This document shows, piece after piece, positions 13,131-24,755 of a stretch of 64,000 nucleotides of DNA. The notes under the pieces were generated by a model that was not told where the DNA came from, did not search any database, and worked only from the letters and a program-made list of their open reading frames with translations. Source of the DNA: Isurus oxyrinchus (Eukaryota); NCBI GenBank assembly GCA_026770705.1, contig JANJGN010000019.1, positions 31,372,001-31,436,000 of the forward strand. The letters run 5' to 3'. Position 1 is the first letter of the stretch. Every line of letters starts with the position of its first letter. Both the position numbers and the translations under genes were made by a program.

Positions 13131-14235
13131 GTGGGCAATCCAATTATTTTGCTTCTTTGTCCCACTGATTCCCCAATTTTCATGTTTAAAGTGTTGGACA
13201 GCATTTAATTATAATATGAGATGATTATTATCATGGTTTGTGTGATGAGTTAGATTGCTTGTTTTCCCCTAGCTACTGTGCATTATCTCTCCAAGGTGCA
13301 TGTGGAAAGTATCTTTACACTGGAGAGAACATGAAAGTATCATCAATAATAATATTAATAATATATGACCTCAGAGTACTAACCCATAGATTAATTATTA
13401 CCACAATAAAAGCTCTAGACAATTTACCTACTTGATCAAATGCTTCACAGAATTTTCAGGGCAATGAGAACAGATGGTGCAATGGAAAACACCTTCTGGA
13501 GCTTGAGTTTGAATCCAACCCAGCCTGCTGGGATAAAAAAAAAACTCCTTTTCATTGCTAGCTATTTAAAATGTTTTGGCTAATCCCAATCCAGTCACTT
13601 TTGGGTATAGACAATTATGCATTTATAAAGTTTCTTTATTTTAATAAAATGTCCCATGAGAGCAAGATAGGCTGAGTCATAAAGTGCAGATGAGAGTGAA
13701 CTGAAGGTACAGCCAAAAAGAAAGTTGAGAGGAGATTTTTGAATTGGGTGGGGGGAGGGAAATTGCAAAGCAGAGAGACTTAGGGAGTTCCAGACATTGG
13801 CACTAAATTAATTATCATAATCAGAGAAATCACATGGATGTGGAAAGTGGAACCTTTGAAACAGCTGATCAAAGACACAACCCAGAAAGAACAAGGACAA
13901 ATTACTGAAATATTTGTTGACTTTGTAACTCGTCGAGTCATGCAGATTCTTTTTTGTGGGAGCAAAGGCAAAACAGACAGTCTGAGGTTGCATGGCTACA
14001 TGCCCTTGTCAGCATCTGTGGGATCTAAGGTTCTGATGAAAGAAAGAGTGTAACTGGAGAAGTGAAGACAGGAAGAAGAGGCATATCCAATTAAATTGGA
14101 AAAGGAATGTGAGCAAAATAAATAACTGAAGGAATAAATGTTAAGGTAGACTTTAAAAAAAACACAGGACATGAAGTGGAACCAAATAAATAAGTAAATG
14201 AATAAATAGAGGGAGAAGGTTCCTTTTTCAAAGAA

Positions 14236-16248
14236 ACTTGAGTTCTGGAAAAGAGAATTAAAGAATCATATCACTTGATTTCATTTCTAATAATCCCAGC
14301 ATATCTTTTAGCCACATCTTTCATTCAGTTAAGATTCAATTGCTACTGACAACTTACAACAAAAATAATTGAAGTGCTTGTTGCATTGTTGAGTTTTCAG
14401 TAAACTTGAAAAACATGTTTCTTGTCATGATGTTAGTTTCTAACCAAATGAAAAAGACACTTAAACATTACTTTATATAAAGGATTTTTTTCCTGCTTTT
14501 GGCATCCACCTGGCTCTTGTTACTAAACAAGACATGGATAAAGCCCAAGAACCTATTTGTATTCAAAGAGACGGACCATTAAAACCATTGCCTGTTCCAC
14601 TTCAGTAACATTTGTCTCATAGTGAAATCCTGACTGATTTTGAACCACCACGAGACCATTCAGTTCTTACAGAATATTACGAGAATAAACAAAAGTTAAG
14701 AACAGTCCATTTCATTATGCCCATTGTAGGTCACCTGCTTGTCCAGTCATTTACATTTTAGCGAATATTAGGCTAATTATACATTTTTACTTAACCCCTA
14801 GGTCAGACTTTTGAGAACTGATTGCTAAAGTTTAAGTTGCCAGGTTTGCTCTTCACAGAAATTACCAGAGCTCAAGTGGCGTGAGATATATTGTATTATT
14901 CTACAGTAAAACGATTTCAATCAGAACAGCTTACTTGACTTTTGTTGTATTTTTTATTGTATTATATTTGCCAATTTGACACGTTAAGAAATAAATGAAG
15001 GATACCCTACCAATAGCTATTATATAATTAACCCACGTGTTATATTTCCACCACTTTTCTCTCAGCCTGAAATTAAGGTGCCGGTACTTGCTCGGATAAG
15101 GATCTTTGGATACTGACAGCCTTCATTCTTCTACTGTGTGATGTGTGTTGCCAGGCTACACAACTGTGGATGGTAGCACAACTCAACTCAAGTCTGTCCT
15201 CACTCAATGTCCGCACATGTGCACTTTCCAGCAAGGGTCACTGGATAGTGATCAGGAGCAGGAAGCCTGAATTTTTCCTTTATAGCCCAAGGACACTAAG
15301 GCCAATTGTAGTCCTCTAATGTTGCACCAGATGAAACCAACTAACACAGCACAGATTGGGCATCAAACCTGAGACCTCCGGCTCTGTATAACTAAGCATT
15401 TCGCCATTGGATACAATTAACTGCAGAGTCAATATGTTGCATTCTTCACGTTAACTTTATTCATATCGTACGTTCTGTTTTCAACTCGGTTTGTTTGTCT
15501 GCCTGTTCATCTGTGAACAAGGTATCTCAAGAATTAATGGATACATTGCAATGAAACTTGGTACACAGATAGGGAATGACCCATGGAAGAACTGATTAGT
15601 TTTTGGCAAAGACACGGATTTGGATCCGGATCCTGGAATTTTTTTAATGATCCATTAATATTGGGAAATAGGTTGAATTGACTCTGATTTTTTTTTAGAA
15701 AGTTGTGGGTTGTTTTATTTAGAACATTGACTGTTTTAGAATGTTGTGGATTGTCTCAGTTGCTGTGGTGGAATTTGTCACAGCTGTCAAAATTTGAACA
15801 GAGTTTTCAGAGCAGGTTATTGGACATGGATTGGCTTGAAGCCTCATCTATGAGATGGAAACTCTTAATAAAAAGATTTTTTCTTCGGCTTTGAAATTAC
15901 AGAGCATCACCAAAGCACAGAAAGGCCTTAACTTGAGTTCTGGAAAAGAGAATTAAAGAATCATTTCACTTGATTTAATTTCTAATAATGCCAGTATATC
16001 TCTTATCCACTTCTTTCATTCAGTTAAGATTCAATTGCTACTGACAACTTACAACAAAAATAATTGAAGTGCTTGTTGCATTGTTGAGTTTTCAGTAAAC
16101 TTGAAAAAATATGTTTCTTGTCATGATGTCAGTTTCTAACCAAATGAAAAAGACACTTAAATGCTACTTTATGTAAAGGATTTTTTTTTCTGCTTTTGGC
16201 ATCCAACTGGCTCTTGTTATTAAACAAGATCTGGATAAAGCCCAAGAA
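14236..16248 (+). repeat. ~315-bp local duplication (14236-14550 and 15930-16248)
   Basis: AACTTGAGTTCTGGAAAAGAGAATTAAAGAATC...GGATAAAGCCCAAGAA is present twice at high identity. Confidence 0.93.
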
Positions 16249-16325
16249 GTGCTTCATAATTGTAATATCATTGAGTTAAAACAGTGTGGTGGAGATATAT
16301 GCTCTACTGAGAGCTCTTTACTTGT
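15470..16325 (+). mobile_element. Non-autonomous Helentron/HINE (DINE-1-like) element, copy 1, interrupted by the duplicated segment
   Basis: GTTTGTTTGTCTGCCTGT microsatellite, GGATCCGGATCC core and 3' hairpin GCTCTACTGAGAGC; colinear with copy 2 on both sides of the insert. The family assignment is inferred from this architecture. Confidence 0.5.
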
Positions 16326-16449
16326 ATACTATTATTTTTGGTTTGAGGGACCTTTTCATTTCTCGTTAAATTCTATCATTTTCAGGAATGTTATTTTAGT
16401 ACATACAGCTACTTACAGCACAGATCTAATAGCAGCAAATTTGTTCCAT

Positions 16450-16970
16450 GCATCACTGAAGGTGGGCAGAAGTAATATTTTCACCCCTGTTAGCCTGTTT
16501 ATTTGCTTGCCTGTAAACACTATAACTCAAAAACTAATGGACAGATTTCAACAAAATTTGGTACACAGATAGGGCATGGCCCAAGAAAGAACTGATTGGT
16601 TTTTGGGTAAGGATGCGGATTCAGATCTGGATCCCAGAATTTTTTAAAAGATCCTTTAACATTTTTTACAATGCTATAGGTTGTTTTATTTAGAATGTTG
16701 TTGATTGTTTTAGAATGTTGTGGATTGTCTCAACTATAGTGATGTAATTTGTCACAGCTGTCAAAATGTGAGCAGAATTTTCAGAGCCAGTTGTTGGATA
16801 AAGTGGCATGAAGACTCTTCAGTGAGACAGAAGCTCTTAATTTATTTTCATTCTTGTGGTTACAGTGCAGGCAGGGAAAAGCCTCAAGGAAGAGCTGCAA
16901 AATTATAATAATATTGAGTTAACATAGCATGACATAGGTATGCGCTCTACCGAGTTCCCTTTTCACTTGC
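16450..16970 (+). mobile_element. Non-autonomous Helentron/HINE-like element, copy 2
   Basis: Homologous to 15470-16325 (TTGGTACACAGATAGGG...AAGAACTGATT...GGATCC...TTTGTCACAGCTGTCAAAAT...GCTCTACCGAGT). Confidence 0.5.
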
Positions 16971-18349
16971 TTTCTATTTATTTAGATACGAGCATGTGAA
17001 AAAGAACAAGAAGAGACCTGTTAATCTGTCAACCTTGCCTCATCCCAACTTGGTGCAAGCTATACAGACCATAAAATCCACACCACCCCACATCCATTCA
17101 CACAATCTCCTGGGAGAAGCATAAAAATGGAGAACAAAACCCCAAGGCCAATTTAGGGAATAAAACTCCAGAAAACTCTTCTCTAACCCCTGAAAACATT
17201 CAGGTAAGCTCCAGGAGATCAAGGTAACTGAAGTTAACCCACCTAACATCAATAATTCAAGATGTCTTGCACTTGCAGGAAATCATCCAGCTCCCCCCTG
17301 AAGACTTGTGCAAAAATAATGATTGGCTTTGATCAAAAGCAAAGCGTTTGTTTTCACATGTATGCTGATGGCACCCAACTCTACCTCACCAGTCATCTCT
17401 CTCAACTCCTCGGCTGTTGCTAAATTATCAGACTACTTATCTGACATCCTGTACTGGATGATATAAAGGTTAAGTTCAAGACTCACAGATTACCCAGAAA
17501 GGAGATTGAGCTCACAAGTGATTTTAGAGTAGTTTATTAATAGGCAACAGTTTAAATATGATGCATGAGCTAAACAGACAGAAAAAACATGCAACCTGTG
17601 ACAGGTGAAGACAATTTACTAGTCCCAGAAGGTAAACGGACAGATGAAGCCAATTTTTGTAGTTGGGGGAGGCAGCTTCTTGTCTGTTCTGTTCTCATCC
17701 TTCATCTCTTTTGTTCTCTTTCTTTTTGAGCTAATCGAGGTGCTGGGAAGCTTTCCTTCCAATCTTCCTCCAACTGAACAATACTGGCAAGCTTGGATCA
17801 CTTAAAAAACACTTTCCTCCCCTCTCGAGAGCCTGTTTTTAACCTTTTTCTCAGATGGTCGATTTATGTATAGGTCTTGAGATCCAACGTTATCAGAAAT
17901 GTCCAGAGGTGTAGTGCCAAGTTTTGAGGTGCAGGAGCTCTAAGAAAATGTGTTGGCCATATAATTTCTAAATCTACTATTATGTTATTTTTCTATGTAT
18001 TAATCATTTGTGTCCCCAAACGTCAGTGAAACTATGCTCTTAAGTGAAAAATATTGGTGCTGGTAGACATTTTATTTCAAACCATGTGGTATTTTGAATG
18101 GTTAGCCTTTAGCATAGCTAGAATTCCATTATGAAACAGTTTAATTATTTAAGCCAAGCCTATTTAAACATGAATTACAGAAAACTTTACTTACTTCTGG
18201 CTGGGGGATGGTATATACAGGGGACACTGCTTCTCTTGATTTATATTTATAGCCTAGACCTGGGTGCACAAGGCATAATTTCAAAATTTGAAGATGATGC
18301 AAGACTTGGAAGTATTGTGAACTGTGAGGAGGATAGTGACAGACTTCAA

Positions 18350-18920
18350 GGGGGAGAATTTTCTTCACGTCGGCGGAGGGGGGGGGCTGGATTGGGCGGG
18401 GGGAGTAGGCTGAGTCGGGGCCTGCGCTCTTTTGCACATGCATGTGAAAGAGCACAGAAATCTCCATGAGATACAGAGCTGCCTCAGGGAGATTACTTTG
18501 ATTTTTGAAAATTTTAATAAAGGAAAAAAGAATTTAAAGACATCCCCTCATGTGACAGTGTCACATGAGCTGGGACTTGTCAATGAATGTTATTAAAATT
18601 TTTTATTAATGTTTTAAAACCTTCATGAAACCTCATCCATGGACGGAAATAAATGCAAAGGCTGCCTGGGCTCTTTGCCTGCCTGCCAACCTTAAGGTTG
18701 GATGGGCAGCTCAGTTAACTATTTTAATTGATATGTAAATGGCCTTAATAGGCCTTTGACAATTTGGCAGGCACATAGTTGACTCCGGTGCGCACTTGCC
18801 GAACTGAAGATCTGAGTGACGTGCAGTGACGTCGGGACACATGCCTGACTTCACCGCGTGTCATTTTAGGCATCTGCGAGCGGGGCCCGGCCCCATTCAT
18901 CAACCCAAAGATTCTGGCCC
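18350..18920 (+). mobile_element. Harbinger-type MITE inserted into a CR1 fragment (18255-18349, 18921-18970)
   Basis: TIRs GGGGGAGAATTTT / AAGATTCTGGCCC; internal homology to 22808-23433. The host CR1 reads GIISKFEDDARLGSIVNCEEDSDRLQ and resumes after 18920. Confidence 0.75.
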
Positions 18921-18969
18921 AAGAAAATATAGATAGGCTGATGGAATGGTGGCAGATGAACTTTAATGT

Positions 18970-19200
18970 AGGGGAGGATGAGAGAGGGAATTGGGGAGAG
19001 AAGGGAGAGAATGTACCCTGGAAGTGGGACAAGAAAGAATGTGGGGTGGGAGAGGAATGAGACAGGGGGAGGAATGGGGTAGAGGAAGTATTTGGAGGGA
19101 AGTGGAGAAGTATGGAGGAAGGGGAGGGAATTGAGAGGGGAGGAAGACTAGGAGTGGGGAGAGAAATAATTGGGGGTGAGAAAAAATGGAGTAGAGTCTG
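18970..19200 (+). repeat. Purine-rich (GA/GGA) low-complexity tract
   Basis: About 230 nt of near-pure G/A sequence with many G-runs. Confidence 0.7.
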
Positions 19201-21719
19201 ATTTGCTTCCCCAGGTTACTGGGTTGGGGGTTATGGAGCAGCTTCTGGGAGGGTGCAAATCCTGCAGTCAGAAGCTAGAGCTGAGGAACTGTCACTAAGC
19301 AAAAGCTCCTGGTGAATCCTCAGATCATAGGCTTCATCATTTACTTGAATGTACAAAAGTACAAGCAGATCAGTGCAAAGTATTGTTCCCCTTAGAGCTA
19401 ACTTCCCCCCTTAATAACACCAGAGCCAACACCAATAAACAACACAAGTGCAAAATAGATGCTGCAATCCTGAATCGTTTTAGAAAACAGAAAATGCTGC
19501 AAATGCTCAGCAGGTCTGGAAGCATCAATGCAGAGAGAAATCGAATGGTCCATGATCTTCCTAAGTACAGTACTGGAAAATGTTAAAGACATGCAATAGT
19601 TAACAGTATATTAGTGCTGGGCTAAGTTAAGCTTTTACAAACGTGCTTAATGGAAATGTGTCAATATTAAACTGATCAAAAAAGGTTCCAGGAATGGACT
19701 TAGGTCCCTCAACAGATCTCCAGAACTGCCTGACCTTGGCCATGTAGTCAGTTAGTCACGTAACACTCACTCAATAACCAGACAAATACAAATGCAAGAC
19801 AGCCATAGTAATGAAAGATGATCCCCACTCCCTCATACACAGTGAGTGCAGTTTACCCACCCTAATACAGGAGGATTCAGAATCCATGAAACAAAGTGGT
19901 GAAATCCTTGTTCTTGTTAAAAAGCCTTACCTGAACAAGCTGTTTTTGTTAATCACTCATTGCTTTGATGGTGATGTAAGGATGGAAAGTGAAACAGTTC
20001 CATTATTCTTTCTGTTACTAAACAGTCCAGTAAGTTATTTTTTATATAAAGACAAAATACTTATGATTAAAGTTGCCCGGAACTTCCTGAATTTGAAATA
20101 CTGAAAAGTGGGGAGTGAGGTTCATTTGCTTTGTTCTGCTTGACTGACCCCATCCCTGTGAAACTTCTTCACCAGTCAGGACACTCGCAAAAATGTTTTC
20201 TGGCCAATCCCCGAGCGCATGTAATTTTCGGACCAGAGTGTAAAATTAGCAGGAGAAAAGCATGCAAAAAACATAAGGACACTGGTTTAAACATTAGGTT
20301 AAGTAGCTGCATCCTCCTCCTGCCACTTTCAGGACACATACAAATTGTTTTATACTTGGCACCGTAATCTATATATATATATTTTTGGTAATTAACATTT
20401 CCCTAATTACTTTAAAAATGTAAATTGCATTCAGGTCCCTGATCACTGACATTTGTACTCTTGGTGCTGATTTTGTACAATTATATATTTTAACTGTTGT
20501 ATCTTTCCTCCCATTTGCACATTGCTTAACTAATCCATTACTGCTACATAAAAATATGCCGAGACACCAGAACAAGGGCAAAGGGATTTCTCAAAGCATG
20601 ACACACCATGAGAGAGGACATGGCATTGGGATCAGAAATTGTTTTCAACGCTGTAAGTTATATTAATTCATATTAATAAACTTCGTATTAATAATGATAA
20701 TTACTTCAGACCTACATTTTTCTGCGTCCTTCATTACAATTTTTGTTCGTCTGGTTTATCCAGTTTGGGATTGTTTATAACTTTTCTAGCACCGCTCGAT
20801 TGTAAATTAAAATTGTGAAAAGCAGACGGTGTTGGCAATCTTTGCAGATTCCTACTTCTTGGCTTAATAGCCTGAGCAAATTCAAAAGAATGATTCAGTG
20901 GCTCAGCAGTAAATAAACGGCCCAGTAGTCTGAAAATAATTAACTACTGGGGATTGCTCATCTGTAGTTTAAAATGTGTTTAAAAGATGAGCTGATTCTA
21001 AAAGTCTTCCACTTCAAGTCTTTAATGTGCACTCTTCCAGAATAAAAGAAACTATTCCATCATTGAAAAAAAATCAGTCAATACTTTTGAGAAAATTACA
21101 GAAAACAAAACATTTAGTTAATCTGTGATTTGGTTCATTGTTAAGTTGACATTTATGAAACCAAATAATGATTCCTACTCCCCCTCCACCCCAACCTCCT
21201 CCAACCTCCTCCCCACTCCTCAATCACCAGCCCACCAACCTCCGCAGCAGCGCAGCAACAAGTGAAATTGACCTTACAGACCCACTTCAAAAAATCGGAT
21301 ATCTAAGTTGTGATTTTTTTTAAGCTAGTCTGTCAGCCCCTAAGCTCTGGCTGCTCAGCGTGAATGACAAGAACTCTGTTTAAAACACTGAACCCAGCCC
21401 CCCATCACCCACCCCCCAGTGTTTAGAAGCGCCTGCATCCCCCTCTCCTGGGTGCTGGTTGGAGGTGCCAGAGCAGCACTCTGTTGCACTCTGGCAGCAC
21501 TACACCCCTGGAAATGTCTGTGCCAGAAACATGTCCTTGGCAGAGATAACAAGCCTGCCCTATTTTTTTCAGACAGCAAGCTTCTATAGAGGCCAACTTC
21601 ATAAGATTTCTTCAATATTCAACGCATTTCTTAAAATTTTATAATGTGATTTCTTACAATGAGCAGAAATTTCCTCCAGCTAAACACTGGGGGGACTGAA
21701 ATTATTGTTTTCAACCCCT

Positions 21720-22470
21720 GCTTGTTGTTACTGATTCCATCCCTCTCCCTGGTAAAGATCTGAGATTACCCAGTCTGTTCGCAACCTTGGTGTTGCATTT
21801 GACCTCGAGATGAACTTCTAACCTCATATTCTGACCTCAGTAAGATTGTCCATTTCCACCTTCTAACATTGTTTGACTTGATGATAAAAGCAAAATACTG
21901 CGGATGCTGCAGATGCCCTGAACAAGAGTCATCCAGACTTGAAACGTTAACTATCTTTCTCTCCACAGATGCTATAAGACCTGCTGAGTTTTTCCAGCAT
22001 TTTCTGTTATTGGTTGACTTCATCCCATTTCAGCTCATCTGCTGTTGAAACCCTTATTCAAACCTTCATTATCTCTTGACTTGACACTGCACTTCTGGCT
22101 GGTCTCCCACATTCTACTCTCCATAAACTTGAAGTCATCCAAAACTCTGCTGCCCATGTCTTCACTTGCAGCAAGTCCTGTTCCTGTTCCCCAGTGTGCT
22201 TTACCAGCATGTTCAATGACCTACATTGACTACCAGGCAATCATTGTCTTAATTTAAAAAATTCTCATCCATGTTTTCAAATCTCTCCATTGCCTCACCC
22301 CTCCCTATCTCTGTAATCTTCAACAGCCCTTTGAGATGTCTGCACTCACCTCTCACTCTGGCCTCTTGAACGTCCCCAATTTTTATCACTCCACTGTGCC
22401 TTCAGTTGCCTAGGCCCTAAGCTCTGGAATGGTCTTATTACACCACTCCACCTCTTTACCTCACTTAGCT
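21720..22470 (+). mobile_element. L2 LINE 3' end containing a Penelope-like insertion
   Basis: Homologous to 5380-5700 (CATCCAAAACTCTG...CCCATGTC...TGACCTACA). Confidence 0.7.
21880..22008 (+). mobile_element. Short Penelope-like terminal insertion with an inverted 5' piece and ~12-bp TSD
   Basis: Starts with TAAAAGCAAAATACTGCGGATGCTG, the reverse complement of the family tail, followed by a hammerhead-like motif and the tail. Flanks ATTGTTTGACTT (21868-21879) / ATTGGTTGACTT (22009-22020). Confidence 0.72.
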
Positions 22471-22807
22471 ATCCAACTTAGCCCCAAGATTTTTAATAAG
22501 ATTGATAGTTAACAAGTAGCACTCATGGAAATTTCAGGAGCAGAGAAGTAGAATTGGTTGAGAGATAGGATTTTCTCTCTAATATAGGCTGAGGAGTTGG
22601 AAGTTGAAAAACTGAATCACAACAACGTGGCCACTAGTGGGAAAGTTCAATTGTAGTATGACATGCTTATATCAGCAGTTTTGGATGATAAATTTGGACA
22701 TAAACATTTATTTTTCAGATGTGTTGAAATAACATAAGACCCAGAATTAAGATTTTGTAGGTAATCTAACTCCGCAGTCACTAATATATTTAAGGCAAGA
22801 AGACATA

Positions 22808-23433
22808 GGGCAGGATTTTGCCCTTGGTGTGCAGGCTCGGCAGGGGGTGGCCGGGGGTGGTCATGAAGCTGCCTGCGATCGGGGCCGGAAGGCAATTTCA
22901 TACTGGCAAGCCAATTGAGGCCCGCCCAGCGTGAAACGCGAGCGGCAGCACTGACTGTGCGGGCAGGGTGAGGAGTGCAAGCTGGGTGAGTGCAATCTTT
23001 GCGCATGCGCGTGAGTGCACGCTACATAATCTCCCTGAAGCAGAGAGCTGCCTCAGGGAGATGTACTGATTTTTTTTTAAAAATGCAAGATTTTATAAAT
23101 GTTATGAAACGTGCTCCCTCATGTGACTCTGTCACAGGAGCAGGGGCATGGTATTAATGAAAAGATAACTGATTTTTACTTGCTTTTGGAAACCACATCC
23201 TGTCCGTGGATGAGGTTTCCAAAAAAGTACAAAAGCCGCTTGGCCTTTTCGCCTCCCACCAACCATAAGGCTGGGCAGGCAGCAAAAAATTTATTTTAAT
23301 TAACTTTTTAATGGCCATAATGGGCCACGTGAGTGCACAATGACATCGGGACGCACGCCCACCGTCATCGCGCGTCATTTTACATTCAGTCGGGTCGGGC
23401 GCAAACCCGCCTGCCAAGCTAAAAATTTTACCC
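22808..23433 (+). mobile_element. Harbinger-type MITE with 3-bp TSD
   Basis: TIRs GGGCAGGATTTT / AAAATTTTACCC, flanked by ATA on both sides; CpG-rich interior homologous to 18350-18920. Confidence 0.8.
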
Positions 23434-24492
23434 ATAAAGCTGAGAAATTGGTTTGTAGCAGCTGCAGGATCTGCATCAGCTACATTTGATGCAGCCCAAT
23501 TTTGCCTCACACAGGCATTTTGTCCCCTATTCACAAATGGAAAAGGCTTAACGACTGTTTTAGGCAAGACCTTGGGTGCCTCTTTTTTGGCCTTTACCAA
23601 TATGTCAGATGGCATACTTCTCACTGTAATGGATGCTTGGGTATTTATTTTGCAGTTGATAAACAGACCAAGATTTTTTAATAAAATATATACATTTTTA
23701 TCAAAACACCTTATGCAGTTGAGTGCTCCTGAGCAACCAACATTCCACTTTCTTTTCAGGATACATTTCTGGGCAGAGTCTCTCTAATTGCTGTTAGGTC
23801 CATATGACATGAAAAGAAATCCAAAACTTTATTCTTTTGCCATGTTCAAAAAATGGAGTCTCTACTGAACCAAAAAATGATGGCTGCTACAAGTCACATA
23901 ACCACAGAACTGGCCCTTTGTTGTGGGAGCTACCACCAGGAGTTACAAGAACAAATGAATTTCTCTCAGCCTGTTGAATCTCACACCTCATTGTACAGAC
24001 CCCTTATAATCAACGAAAGTAGAGGAAGTGCAGGTGAATTGACTCCCCAACCTGAACTATCACAAAAGGGAGAGATCAAAACTAATTTTCGAAAAGAAAT
24101 GCTAAAAATCACCTCTTCTCTCTCCTAAGGAGGAACAATGGAATCCTGGCCAGAAACACAGAAGCTGATTGTTAAGCCGAAATTATTCATTAATGGACCA
24201 TGTCACATGACCCAAGCCTCTGGCCTTTTGGACAGTTTTAACATTACATCTTTGGCCACACAGATAGTCTGCTGTTTAACCTCCAACCGGCGAACCAGCA
24301 AGAAGCAGAACTCCAGACAGAACAACAGCCTGCTCCTCGAAGCCTGGCTCTATGGAAGATCCCTATCATCACCTGCAGAGCCAACTCAGACTCTGTGTAC
24401 CTAGCTAATCTTGCGGTATCAGCAGCAACTGTAAAGTGAACTCTACAACTCTGGTCTTCAGCCAGCTGAACTCAAGATCCTACGTGAAAGAA

Positions 24493-24588
24493 ACGTCAAC
24501 TCTGTTTCTCTCTCCACAGATGCTGAGCTTTTCCAGCATTTTCTGTTTTTTGTTTCAGATTTCCAGCATTCGCAGTATTTTGCTTTTA
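24493..24588 (+). mobile_element. 5'-truncated Penelope-like tail with 8-bp TSD
   Basis: ACGTCAACTCTGTTTCTCTCTCCACAGATGCTG...CAGCATTCGCAGTATTTTGCTTTTA flanked by TGAAAGAA at 24485-24492 and 24589-24596. Confidence 0.72.
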
Positions 24589-24715
24589 TGAAAGAATTAC
24601 TCATTGGACTCTGACTCTGGATTCTGCAAATCACATGAATTAATATCCATCTATGGGGATCTTGTACTGTTGCTATCCATAGTTCTAAAACTCCTTTTTC
24701 TATACCCCCCTTACT

Positions 24716-24720
<5 letters not shown>

Positions 24721-24753
<33 letters not shown>
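24721..24753 (+). repeat. (TG)n microsatellite
   Basis: About 16 TG units. Confidence 0.95.
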
Positions 24754-24755
<2 letters not shown>

